A stretch of 64,000 nt of DNA from a virus (taxonomy: Duplodnaviria > Caudoviricetes). Under the pieces are notes generated by a model. The model saw only the letters and a list, made by a program, of their open reading frames with translations. It was not told the origin of the DNA and made no database searches. The DNA is taken from IMG/VR virus record IMGVR_UViG_3300033463_000042, positions 50,309 through 114,308 of that record. The stretch is one strand, 5' to 3'. Of this stretch, positions 29,495-39,191 are shown one piece after another. The first letter of the stretch is position 1, and every line of letters starts with the position of its first letter. The translations under genes and the position numbers were made by a program.

Positions 29495-29766
29495 TAAGAA
29501 GCAAGCTAATCGAAACTTGCTCTCTTAAGCGCCGAGATTGATCTGCTATCTAGAGGACATGGCCCCGTTGGCATGTCTTAACTCTATTTAGTAGATCGAT
29601 CTCAAATATATGATATATCTGCCCATAGGCATAATCCGGGGCATTTATATATGGATGCCGCCTTGGTGGTTCCGAGTCCACCATGTGCGGAATCTAAAAA
29701 GCATGCAAAAAATTCATATCCAAGAAAAATAGCTGCGGTCTTTACTCCCCGTGGCTATTTTTTTTT
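29490..29766 (+). ncRNA. Candidate ~280-nt multi-hairpin non-coding RNA
   Basis: Promoter upstream, four hairpins including a 15-bp stem with G-U pairs, terminator atagctgcgg/ccgtggctat-T8; no ORF of note. Confidence 0.6.
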
Positions 29767-29787
29767 CATTTTAGGATTCAGATATTC

Positions 29788-29803
29788 TAAATATATATTA
29801 TTA
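29788..29803 (+). promoter_or_regulatory. Putative early promoter
   Basis: taaatatatattatta. Confidence 0.7.
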
Positions 29804-29960
29804 CTATGAGTAATATTAGTATAGCAGGGTTGGGTGGCGGCTCGCCTAAGAGTAGGGTGCAGATATGCATTTAAGCACTCGCGGCGCATTGATTTTGTTG
29901 TATAAAAAATAACCACGAGGTTTGTACACTTATAACGTGAATAAACTTTATTTTTTTTTC
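29804..29960 (+). ncRNA. Candidate ~150-nt structured RNA (or leaderless 22-aa ORF)
   Basis: Own promoter, GC-rich hairpins ttgggtg/cgcctaa and gggtgc/gcactc, ends in a T run. Confidence 0.4.
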
Positions 29961-30030
29961 TTTTTATTCTATATTATCTATTATCCCATCTTTTTAAGTA
30001 AATATATTTGTAAAATAAAAAATTCTAGAA

Positions 30031-30043
30031 AACGATTCTGTAA
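30031..30043 (+). promoter_or_regulatory. Putative late promoter AAC-N7-TAA
   Basis: AACGATTCTGTAA upstream of AAAGGA RBS. Confidence 0.55.
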
Positions 30044-30078
30044 TCTTTAATATACATTTAAAGAAAGGAAATGATATA

Positions 30079-31584
30079 ATGAAAATTCAAGAGTTATTTG
30101 ATATAGATCGTTATATATCAACTAATGATCTCAAGGAAGTTAAATCTCAGCATATATACAAAACACAGAATCAGTTCAATCCAGAAGGATTATTCTCAGA
30201 AGAAATATTTGGACAAACTGATCAGGAAAGAAAGTATCGATGCGGTTACATAAAACTTCCTGTACATGTATTCAATCCTAGTGTTGCTAAAACCATTATC
30301 AGTAGATCAGGTGGTATCATCAGAAAGATGGCATATGGTGAATCCAGATGTAACATTGAAAATGGTGTATTGGTAGCAGCAGCTGATGGACAATATTGTG
30401 GTCTTAAAGATCTATATGAAATATGGGATCAGATTGATATCAAGAAGACTATCAATACTCGTTCCAAGGATAACATCGATATCCTTACGAAATCACCAAA
30501 GAGACTTATATTCAATGACAAGGTTTTGGTATTACCACCTGGCTTTAGACAGATCGGTATGAGAAACGGTAAACATACAAAGAATGAGTTGAATTCTTTG
30601 TACTCACATCTCATAGGTCTTAAGAGTGTTACTTCACATACAACAACAAATGCTGTTCAGTTGTATGCAAAGTTCCAGGATGCTGTTGCTGATATCTATA
30701 CTTACATCCATGACTATGTTGGATCCAAGAATGGCTTCTTCCAGAAACACCTCCTTACTAAGACTACAACATACACTGCAAGAAACGTTATCTCTGCTCC
30801 ACGTTATAACACAGACAATCCACATATAGGTATCTTTAGAACTGGTTATCCATTGCATACATGTGTATCATTGTTCAAACCATTAATCATGTTCCAAATG
30901 AAACAGTTCTTCTCATATTCTAATATACAGGATATCCATCCTAACAAAGAAGAAGTTAGACCGGGTGTTCTTGATAATATGTATGATAACAAGATGATCG
31001 ATGATCTCTGTAATATCTACATGAATAACCCTGGATCACGTTTCAGAAAACTGTATCTTGATGAAGAGAATACTAAACCAATCATGATGGAGTATCTTGA
31101 CGTCAAGAAGAATGAAACTGTTACTCGTCCACTGACATTGACTGATGTAATCTATATATGTGCAAAGATAGTTATAGTTGATGGTGATCGCCATGTATAT
31201 ACTGTTCGATATCCTATCGGCGACTATCTTGGAGCTTTCTTCACAAAGGTTCATATTCTTTCTACAGTAGACACAATGGAAATTCAATTCCGTGGTGAAA
31301 CATATGATACTTATCCTATTATAAATCCTGAAGCATCCCACAAGATAGTATCAGTCTCGTTCGCAGATACCCTCACTCCATCCAATAGTAGACTTAAAGC
31401 AATCGGTGGTGACTATGATGGTGATACCGTTAAGTCAACTGGTCTTTGGAGTGACGAAGCAAACAAACAAGCTGAAGAACTTATGTACTCTAAGATCTAT
31501 AATATCAAAGCAGAGTGTGACTCTGTATATGTTATTGAGATTGAATGCTTGAATGGTTTATACGCATTGACAAAACGAGATTAA
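30079..31584 (+). CDS. Phage multisubunit RNA polymerase beta-prime subunit, N-terminal catalytic half (probably virion RNAP)
   Basis: GLFSEEIFG, GYIKLP, VLPPGFR, RYP and catalytic GGDYDGD. Confidence 0.92.
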   Translation: MKIQELFDIDRYISTNDLKEVKSQHIYKTQNQFNPEGLFSEEIFGQTDQERKYRCGYIKLPVHVFNPSVAKTIISRSGGIIRKMAYGESRCNIENGVLVAAADGQYCGLKDLYEIWDQIDIKKTINTRSKDNIDILTKSPKRLIFNDKVLVLPPGFRQIGMRNGKHTKNELNSLYSHLIGLKSVTSHTTTNAVQLYAKFQDAVADIYTYIHDYVGSKNGFFQKHLLTKTTTYTARNVISAPRYNTDNPHIGIFRTGYPLHTCVSLFKPLIMFQMKQFFSYSNIQDIHPNKEEVRPGVLDNMYDNKMIDDLCNIYMNNPGSRFRKLYLDEENTKPIMMEYLDVKKNETVTRPLTLTDVIYICAKIVIVDGDRHVYTVRYPIGDYLGAFFTKVHILSTVDTMEIQFRGETYDTYPIINPEASHKIVSVSFADTLTPSNSRLKAIGGDYDGDTVKSTGLWSDEANKQAEELMYSKIYNIKAECDSVYVIEIECLNGLYALTKRD

Positions 31585-31613
31585 TTTATTTTTTCTTTTA
31601 GGGGGTAATTACC

Positions 31614-32027
31614 ATGGCAAAGTTCTATGTAGATGATCACACGAATGTCTCAACTGATGAGATTCTTGATAAGCATCATGGTTTAATCGATCCAGGACGT
31701 ATCATTGGTCCACCATCATCTTTGCCTGATGAAGAGTTGACAAAGATTATTAATGATCTCAATAAAATAAGAGATATCCCTGGTCAAAAATTCCGTGTTC
31801 CTCATGGAGTTAAGAATTATGCTAGGTTAGGCAATGTGCACATCGGTGATTTATTTCATCATATTCAAAAAGGATTGAATACAAAGGACCTTTGTCTTTT
31901 GCAGTTAATTACGGGGGAACTGCATGAGTGTTTATACTTTGATCCCGATGATAAATATTATGAATGTGCTGAAAATAGAAACTGTGAAGAATGTATCTCT
32001 CGTTGGATGAACTCTGATAAATGGTAA
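31614..32027 (+). CDS. Hypothetical protein with C-terminal Cys cluster
   Basis: C...C...C....NCEEC; RBS AGGGGG. Confidence 0.65.
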   Translation: MAKFYVDDHTNVSTDEILDKHHGLIDPGRIIGPPSSLPDEELTKIINDLNKIRDIPGQKFRVPHGVKNYARLGNVHIGDLFHHIQKGLNTKDLCLLQLITGELHECLYFDPDDKYYECAENRNCEECISRWMNSDKW

Positions 32028-32088
32028 TATTCACAACCTTTTAGAAAAGCTCATAATAAGAGCGTATTCAGAAAGGAATGAAAACAAA

Positions 32089-33048
32089 ATGGGAATGAAC
32101 TATGCGGATATGTTTGGTATGTTTGATGCATCACCGAACTATCAACAGCAACAGCAGCAAGAGATAAATTCGAATGGTTTTGATGCATTCACTCAACCAC
32201 AGCAACCTATGTATCAAGAACAACCATCTATGTCTTGGGAGCAAGCATATGAAGGATTTAAAACTCATCCTGTGTTATATAACATGGATGGTTATATCTC
32301 ACCTTATGCTTCAAACAACTGGGGTGGTACAAATAGTATACTCCAGTACCTTGATGATTCATCTCGTCTTCCTGCTCTTGATAACAAACTCGATCCCAAT
32401 AAGATCTTCAGTGCTGAAATCAAAGGTCTTAGAGCTCTTGAAGCAGATCAACAGAAGTTGATCAAACTTGCTGAAAGAAAGCTTATGGAGAGTCTTGGTG
32501 AAAAGGGTAAGGTTGGTCTTACTGAAGAAGACATTGAGGCATTGTCTGCAATCACTTCTGGTAGAGCAGCTATTGCAAACATGACCAAGGAAAGAGTCAA
32601 CATCAAGAAGAACATTGCTGATATTCGTATCAAGCAGAATCAGCAGGCTCCTGGTACAGTATCTAATCCAAATGCTCCTCTTGGAACAGGTTCCAATTCA
32701 ATGGATATCGGTAGATCAATTCTTGATTCTATTTTCGATACTCCAACATCGACAGTTGTTCCAATGACTAACATTGATTACAATCCATCAAATGTTGGTC
32801 AGGCTGAAGCTGTACTCGATTCACTCGTCCCAAATGTAAATCAAAACTTAGGTTTTGAAAGTATGGAACCAACTACATTCGTTATGGTTGGTGATACTGA
32901 TGATGATGTTGATTTCGCAACATACAACAAGAACGGTGATCTATTGGCAGACTTCAAGAATCCTGATGCTGATATAGTATCAGTCGACAGAGATGCAGGT
33001 AAAGCATATGACCAATTCATGGTAGAATACCCTATCAAGTATAAATAA
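32089..33048 (+). CDS. Hypothetical protein, probably late/virion-associated, with Gln-rich N-terminus and coiled coil
   Basis: RBS AAAGGA; near-consensus late motif AAG-N7-TAA at 32047-32059. Confidence 0.65.
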   Translation: MGMNYADMFGMFDASPNYQQQQQQEINSNGFDAFTQPQQPMYQEQPSMSWEQAYEGFKTHPVLYNMDGYISPYASNNWGGTNSILQYLDDSSRLPALDNKLDPNKIFSAEIKGLRALEADQQKLIKLAERKLMESLGEKGKVGLTEEDIEALSAITSGRAAIANMTKERVNIKKNIADIRIKQNQQAPGTVSNPNAPLGTGSNSMDIGRSILDSIFDTPTSTVVPMTNIDYNPSNVGQAEAVLDSLVPNVNQNLGFESMEPTTFVMVGDTDDDVDFATYNKNGDLLADFKNPDADIVSVDRDAGKAYDQFMVEYPIKYK

Positions 33049-33056
33049 ATATGGAA

Positions 33057-33079
33057 TTCGGGGGCATATAGCCCCCGAA
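33057..33079 (+). terminator. Intrinsic terminator
   Basis: ttcgggggc-atata-gcccccgaa. Confidence 0.8.
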
Positions 33080-33093
33080 CTATATTTATTATA

Positions 33094-33106
33094 AACACAA
33101 TTGTAA
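33094..33106 (+). promoter_or_regulatory. Putative late promoter AAC-N7-TAA
   Basis: AACACAATTGTAA upstream of the sheath gene. Confidence 0.6.
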
Positions 33107-33195
33107 TTGTGGGTCTACATCTCATGAATCGCGATTCTTCATGTTTTGAATTCCCTTCAATTGCAAATATTTTTCAGAAAAGGAGAAGAAAAAAT

Positions 33196-36100
33196 ATGCT
33201 TGGATCAGAATATGCTTTAAAGTATTCAATGCCACATAGCGTTGTTCACATCATCGACAACTCGATGTATACTGGACAGCTTCCGACAGTGATTGCTGAC
33301 GATCCTTCGTTGTATGCAACACTGGTTGTTACAGGCGCTCCCATGGGTCCTGATAACGAGATCATCCCGATCAACAGAAGCGATGTGTTAAACGTTTCAT
33401 ATGGTATAAATAATATCAGTCCTTCCGACGTTAAAAAGTACGGTCAGACTATCACATATCCTGCATCACTTTTGAGCCAGAATGCTCCTATAAAGTTCAT
33501 GCGTGTTACTCCTGAAGATTCAACTTATGCTTTCTCTTGTCTGCTTATTCAGTGGAAGTGGGATGGCAACATGATGCACGTTCGCTTCAAGACAACTTCT
33601 GGCAACGGCAACAGTGGTCTTCCTGCAGGCGTTGTACACTCCAGCTTCAAGAATACCGAGAGACTCAACACAGCTCTTGTTAATGGCAATGCAATGTCAA
33701 TAAAGGACGAAGTTGACGGTACTATTTGGACACAGCGTACATTCATGACTGCAATTGCAGCTGGTAGAGGTAAGACTTACAATAACTTCAATTATTCAAT
33801 AAATCTTACAAACCAGTCAAGACGTCCTGCAAATGCAAGATATCTGTTCGCAACTCTTGATACTAAAACATCACAGGTTGTTGAGCAGTTCTTCGCTTCA
33901 CTCATCAACGAGAACAACAACCTCAGAGCTGATGCTATCGACTCTGTAAATGTTGCAGTTGGTCAGCGTGTAAAGGGTTCTTCTATCGTAGTTCCTACAG
34001 TAAATGAAGAGGCTATAAAGGAACTCTACGCAGAGTACATGCTCCATATGAAGGAAATGATCGATGAAGACATTCCTCCCGCATATGGTACAAAGGATAT
34101 GTCATTCGTTGAAGATGTATACAAGACAATGACTGTTAACATCTTCGATCCTATCTATGGTCGTTATATCTATAACGGCGATACAGATGTTAAGCTTCCA
34201 TACTTCCAGTCTGATATGGTTGATCTTGACATTCCTCAGCTTTCAACTTCTAATCGTATCAAGACATTCCTTGGTGATGATGAGACAGTTCCTGCTTACC
34301 TTGCTAATCCTACTGACCTTGAGAGTGTTCTCGATACAGCTACTTATGGTATCTCAAACGAAAGTGACCCATACCATGTAGGTGACGTATTCTGTAATGC
34401 TCCAACATCACTGTCACTTTCAATGATCACATCGATCAACCAGTACAGTGGTTCAGTAACATCTATACCGATCAATCGTGTAGTTACTAAGAAGGATAGC
34501 GAGGGTGCACCCGAAGAATATGACATATTCCGTGGCTATGCAATGATCAAGAAGACTGACGATACTGATGACGTTACTGCTGCCATCGCTGCTGTTCAGG
34601 ATCTTGTTGATAGAAAGAAGCTTGTACCTAGAGAGTACATCGATGAAGATAATAACAAGGCTTACAAGCCCGATTATATCATCATTGGTCTCAACGATAC
34701 AAACCCTGTTAACAAGCTTAACACATTCATGATCGTTAAGGCTACATATACATATTCCGCTGTAGACAAGAAGTTCGTTGTTGCTATCAACAGCGGTGAA
34801 GGACGTGAGGGCGGCGTATTCTCAACAAAGGCTTCACTCTATGAGCTGTTTGCTTATCCTACTGGAACAGTTACTGCTTTCTGTCAGGATGATGATGGTT
34901 CAGAATATCGCTATACTCCTGGTACTACAGTTGTCAATACTACTAACACAGTTGAGGCAACAGCTATAGACGCAACAACTCACGAAGCATTCAATCCCGC
35001 TCCTGCTGCTGGTGATGTATTTGTTAATGCATACAACACAGCTAAGCCTGCTGAAGCAACTGCAACCACTGAAGCAATTCACGAAGTTCTTTACAAGGTT
35101 GCTAGTGAGAAGCCTTTCGTAATAGGCGCTGTTCCTAGCAAGGTTGTTGCTTACTCTGATATGGTTGGTACTGCATTTGATAACCTTGTATTCAAGGATG
35201 ATGGAACCGGTTCAATTGAATGGAGAATTACTGGCGGTACTCCCGTTGGTACACCTCTCGGTTACGAGGTTGGTGATATCGTTACACTTAAGATCGGTGA
35301 CGGTGCTGCTGCTGTATCAACATACTTCCAGGTTAAGGCTGTTACAAACATCTATGATGGCGTAACAATCACAAAACAGACACTCGAGATCGTAAGATTC
35401 AAGAAGTCTGCTGCTTCAACCGACAAGGTTGTTCCTGGAACATATCCTACTGATGCTACTGAAGTATATGTTATATATACTCCTGACAATGAGTTCGATC
35501 CTACAGCTCACTACAAGTGGGATGATGCAGAGTGCAAGATCGTTGCAGGTGAATCTGGCGATACAGCTGATGGATATTCATGGTTCGATCTTAAGGATGA
35601 GCCTGGTACAGGTCTCTCAATTAAGGTTGATGCTACAAATATCAATGCTACAACATCTGATGATCCTGAGGCTATTCAGAGATACAACATCACTGGTACA
35701 CAGGGTTCGCTCTTCAGATATCAGCCTAACAACACAGAAATTCCTACAAACTACTACTCTGCTTCTTATGGTATCAATCCTAACTCGGAGCTTGGCGGTA
35801 TTCCGCTTGAGAATGGTTATGCTGGATTCTTCGATGATAACATTTCTGAGATCGAATTCAAGTGGCGCTATTCTAACCTCCTTGTTCAGGCATATCGTGG
35901 TCAGAAGGATCCTCGTATCACTTCTCCTACAAGATGCCCTGCAAAGTATCTGTTCGATGGTGGTACAAACACAATCGTTGGACAGACAATACTTCCATAC
36001 ATGAATTATGCTCCGATTGATATAATCAACGCTTCAACCATCTATACAGATGACGAGAAGGAAGCTATCCTCCTCAACAACAAGCTCATTGAGAATATCA

Positions 36101-36909
36101 CTGAATTCGTTGACGTTGACGTTAAGCAGGCTATGTATGATCTCATGATCACACGTGTCTTCCAGGGTATTCCTGAGGACAAGAGACCAATCGGACCTGG
36201 TTCTGGTTTGTCACTCCACCTCGACTCTGGTGTTACAGATGCTAACACAGCTATGCTCGTTAACCAGTCATTCACTAAGAGATTCAACAATCCTAATGCT
36301 TCTTGGGATATCGGTGGATTCGTTTCTGCAGCTGATGGTATAAGCTATACTTATACTAAGAGACTTGTAGACAACCTGTTCGCTCATATGAGAAGATATT
36401 CTGTAAACAAGCCATTCACTGGCAAGTACTCCAACATTGGACCTACAGAGTATTCAGCATTCTTCCCGGATGTTGACACAACAGATTGGGAACTCCGTGA
36501 GCTTCTCTATAATTCTGGCGGTAACGCTTGGATTATGGATATCAATGGAAATCTCCAGAGACAGTCACAGCGTACTCTTTACAGAGAGAACGGTACATCT
36601 GATCTTATCCAGGAAAGCAATATGCGTACGCTTTCACAGCTTTGCTATCTGCTCCAGAATAAGATTAACTCTTATCTCCTTGAGTACAACGACGACGGTG
36701 TTCTTGCAACACTTAAGGACGAGGTTGACAATATGTTCTCTAACTGGGTTGGTAACACAGTTCAGGATCTTGAAATCATCTTCAAGAGAGACATTAACCC
36801 AACTGATGGCGGCGAGATAGTTGTATGCTATGTCAACGTTACATTCCGTGGTCTCATCCTGAGAGTTCCGATCATCGTTAACGTTCAGAGACGTACAACC
36901 TCTGAATGA
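33196..36909 (+). CDS. Contractile tail sheath protein with large central insertion (start MLGSEY)
   Basis: Sheath-like C-terminus (QSQRTL, ESNMR, CYVNVTFRGLILRVPIIVNVQR), N-terminal PHSVVHIIDNS; strong codon bias; followed by a tube-sized gene. Confidence 0.8.
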   Translation: MLGSEYALKYSMPHSVVHIIDNSMYTGQLPTVIADDPSLYATLVVTGAPMGPDNEIIPINRSDVLNVSYGINNISPSDVKKYGQTITYPASLLSQNAPIKFMRVTPEDSTYAFSCLLIQWKWDGNMMHVRFKTTSGNGNSGLPAGVVHSSFKNTERLNTALVNGNAMSIKDEVDGTIWTQRTFMTAIAAGRGKTYNNFNYSINLTNQSRRPANARYLFATLDTKTSQVVEQFFASLINENNNLRADAIDSVNVAVGQRVKGSSIVVPTVNEEAIKELYAEYMLHMKEMIDEDIPPAYGTKDMSFVEDVYKTMTVNIFDPIYGRYIYNGDTDVKLPYFQSDMVDLDIPQLSTSNRIKTFLGDDETVPAYLANPTDLESVLDTATYGISNESDPYHVGDVFCNAPTSLSLSMITSINQYSGSVTSIPINRVVTKKDSEGAPEEYDIFRGYAMIKKTDDTDDVTAAIAAVQDLVDRKKLVPREYIDEDNNKAYKPDYIIIGLNDTNPVNKLNTFMIVKATYTYSAVDKKFVVAINSGEGREGGVFSTKASLYELFAYPTGTVTAFCQDDDGSEYRYTPGTTVVNTTNTVEATAIDATTHEAFNPAPAAGDVFVNAYNTAKPAEATATTEAIHEVLYKVASEKPFVIGAVPSKVVAYSDMVGTAFDNLVFKDDGTGSIEWRITGGTPVGTPLGYEVGDIVTLKIGDGAAAVSTYFQVKAVTNIYDGVTITKQTLEIVRFKKSAASTDKVVPGTYPTDATEVYVIYTPDNEFDPTAHYKWDDAECKIVAGESGDTADGYSWFDLKDEPGTGLSIKVDATNINATTSDDPEAIQRYNITGTQGSLFRYQPNNTEIPTNYYSASYGINPNSELGGIPLENGYAGFFDDNISEIEFKWRYSNLLVQAYRGQKDPRITSPTRCPAKYLFDGGTNTIVGQTILPYMNYAPIDIINASTIYTDDEKEAILLNNKLIENITEFVDVDVKQAMYDLMITRVFQGIPEDKRPIGPGSGLSLHLDSGVTDANTAMLVNQSFTKRFNNPNASWDIGGFVSAADGISYTYTKRLVDNLFAHMRRYSVNKPFTGKYSNIGPTEYSAFFPDVDTTDWELRELLYNSGGNAWIMDINGNLQRQSQRTLYRENGTSDLIQESNMRTLSQLCYLLQNKINSYLLEYNDDGVLATLKDEVDNMFSNWVGNTVQDLEIIFKRDINPTDGGEIVVCYVNVTFRGLILRVPIIVNVQRRTTSE

Positions 36910-36934
36910 TTTGGTAGAAAGGAGAAGATAACTT

Positions 36935-38065
36935 ATGGCTGTAAGTTTACAAACAGGCATTCGTGAATATCACGGTGACCTTTCACAGTATACTGGTATG
37001 CTTGGCGGTCTTACCCCCGACATCCATACTCTTAGAAGTCTTAATCCACTTACTACCAACCGCGTTATCTGCGTAATGTATCGTGGACCTTATTTCCTCA
37101 TGCATTATTTCGGTAGCGACACGAATAACGCTTATAATCCGAAGAACGAATTCGGACAGTATAAGAAGATTATTGAGGCTTACAACACCGGTATTACTTG
37201 TAATATCGGTGATGCTGGTCTTGCTCCTGCTACACTTCAGGGTGGTTTCGCAGGTAGATCGATCAACATCCCTACAACACAGAATCAGCAGTCACAGCAG
37301 TCTATCCAGATTCAGGTTCCTGAAATGGTAGGCCGCCCAGTGGCTAACTTCCACAATATGTGGGTTGATGGTATTGCAGATCCTGTTACAGGTCTTACTA
37401 CATACCATGGTCTCGTAGCTGGTTCAGTTGATGAGAATCTTGTACCTCAGAGAGTCTTTGCACCTAACACAGGAGCTAATGCATTGTCTTCGACAATCGC
37501 TCTTGAGCCTTCACCGGCATGGGAAGTTGCAGAGTTCCTCGTTATCGTACTCGACAGAAGTGGTGCACGTGTTGAAGCTGCTACAATGGCTCTCGGCTGT
37601 GTTCCTTCTGCTAAGGTTGGTAATCAGATCTTCAATTCGAACGCAACAGGACAGTCTCAGATTGCTTCACTCGATCTGAACTTCTCTTGTCAGTTCATCC
37701 AGAGTGCATACGTAAATGACCTTGCATCTAGATATGTTGAGCAGTTCGCTATCTTCGGCAACTCACTTAACCTCAATCCTGGTGCTGGTGATGCATTCTT
37801 CGATCCTAACGGACCTACTCCGTCTAACGGTGGTACAATCAATACACCTATATTCAATAATGGTGAGCGTCCTTACCTCGATGCAGTTCAGTCTGGTCTT
37901 GGTAATGCTCCTGTTATGACTGCTAGCAAGCGTCGCATCGATCGTACAGCTCCTGCTCCGAAGCAGCTTACTCCTGAGGATCACAGCAAGCTCTACATTA
38001 ACGAGAAATTTGATTCCAAGTCGATCGCTAATCCGTATGAGACTACTGCTACACCGAATTCATAA
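36935..38065 (+). CDS. Tail tube protein
   Basis: Directly after the sheath; E..G.P...H..W..GI.DP.TG motif; high-expression codon bias. Confidence 0.7.
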   Translation: MAVSLQTGIREYHGDLSQYTGMLGGLTPDIHTLRSLNPLTTNRVICVMYRGPYFLMHYFGSDTNNAYNPKNEFGQYKKIIEAYNTGITCNIGDAGLAPATLQGGFAGRSINIPTTQNQQSQQSIQIQVPEMVGRPVANFHNMWVDGIADPVTGLTTYHGLVAGSVDENLVPQRVFAPNTGANALSSTIALEPSPAWEVAEFLVIVLDRSGARVEAATMALGCVPSAKVGNQIFNSNATGQSQIASLDLNFSCQFIQSAYVNDLASRYVEQFAIFGNSLNLNPGAGDAFFDPNGPTPSNGGTINTPIFNNGERPYLDAVQSGLGNAPVMTASKRRIDRTAPAPKQLTPEDHSKLYINEKFDSKSIANPYETTATPNS

Positions 38066-38106
38066 GGTTGTCATTGTTTTTACCTCAAAAACAAAAAAGA
38101 ATACGG

Positions 38107-38128
38107 GGGTGGGGCGAAAGCCCCATCC
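38107..38128. terminator. Bidirectional terminator
   Basis: gggtggggc-gaaa-gccccatcc between convergent genes. Confidence 0.8.
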
Positions 38129-38136
38129 TCATATTC

Positions 38137-38547
38137 TTAAATTAAATTGAATACTTCAATTATTACGAATCTTTCATACTCAAACTTCACAGCTACATGC
38201 CGTGTGTCTTCGTATGTAAAGAATCCAATGTAAACTTTCAAGAGCTTCTTATCTGCTTTTGTGATTAGATGTTTGGATATAATTATTCCATCATCCAAGA
38301 ATGTTGGTTCTTTTGCTTTACCCACTATATCTCGCTCATATTCTTTAAATGATGCTTCTAATGCTGCATTGACCAATTCATCATTCATTATTGTATCTAG
38401 AGTTGTCATATCAAATCTCTCTTTTAATAACTCCTCCAACAATGTATCATCCTTAAAGATGTATTTGTACTTGACATATTTGGGTTTATGATCATCAACC
38501 AACTTGGATGGTGAAACTTCTTGCTTAGCCATTGTAATCCTCCTCAA
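38137..38547 (-). CDS. Hypothetical protein (probable start MAKQEV at 38532)
   Basis: RBS GAGGAGG overlapping the upstream stop. Confidence 0.65.
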   Translation of the reverse strand: MRRITMAKQEVSPSKLVDDHKPKYVKYKYIFKDDTLLEELLKERFDMTTLDTIMNDELVNAALEASFKEYERDIVGKAKEPTFLDDGIIISKHLITKADKKLLKVYIGFFTYEDTRHVAVKFEYERFVIIEVFNLI

Positions 38548-39191
38548 TTATAACAGTCAACCATTAGTTCCGTGAATGTAGATACATAAGCTTCGATGGT
38601 AATAGGATATATACACCCAGCATCTCTATCAGGAACTGCATCTTGCAATGATTGTAATACGGTTTGTGAACCTATATCTTCTGTTGGAGCACCAATCCGA
38701 TTTTTATATTCTGCTATCATATCCATTATCTGATTCTTATATTGATTTTCATTCTCTAATGTATTGAATAACATTGATTCATCTGCTAAATTGAAATCCA
38801 TTACGAAACCATGTTCAAGTTTACCTATGAGAGATCCAGTTATCTTGAGGAATTCTACATCGGTTCTCAATATAGCCTCACCAAATATAGAATGATCTGC
38901 AATATCATTAGCTGTATTCTCTATGGCTCTAGTTATGAGATCTTCTGATGTCATGACATGGAATGTTCCTGGCTTTTTATTTGATTTGAAGTTTACTATT
39001 CTCAACTCATGAGAATAATCCTTGGGTTTAAATTCTTCTTCTGGTATAACCATGATAGATTCTTTGGCATCATGAAATCCATGTTGCTTTAAGAATAGAT
39101 ACATATCCTCGATAGCACTGGACATCACATAATACTTCATTGAACTCCTACTGGATCCAGAAGTGAAGGTGAATTTAAAATATACACCCAT
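38544..39191 (-). CDS. Hypothetical protein (215 aa)
   Basis: TAATG coupling, RBS GGAGG. Confidence 0.7.
   Translation of the reverse strand: MGVYFKFTFTSGSSRSSMKYYVMSSAIEDMYLFLKQHGFHDAKESIMVIPEEEFKPKDYSHELRIVNFKSNKKPGTFHVMTSEDLITRAIENTANDIADHSIFGEAILRTDVEFLKITGSLIGKLEHGFVMDFNLADESMLFNTLENENQYKNQIMDMIAEYKNRIGAPTEDIGSQTVLQSLQDAVPDRDAGCIYPITIEAYVSTFTELMVDCYN

Noticed and set aside
29655-29695. tRNA or tmRNA suggested by GGTTCCGAGTCC
   Set aside because: Loop is one base too long; no D arm, anticodon arm, acceptor stem or tag ORF could be built
28676-29803. CRISPR array suggested by the repeated AT-rich 16-24-mer
   Set aside because: Spacing is irregular (hundreds of bp), and the motif occurs elsewhere before genes as a promoter
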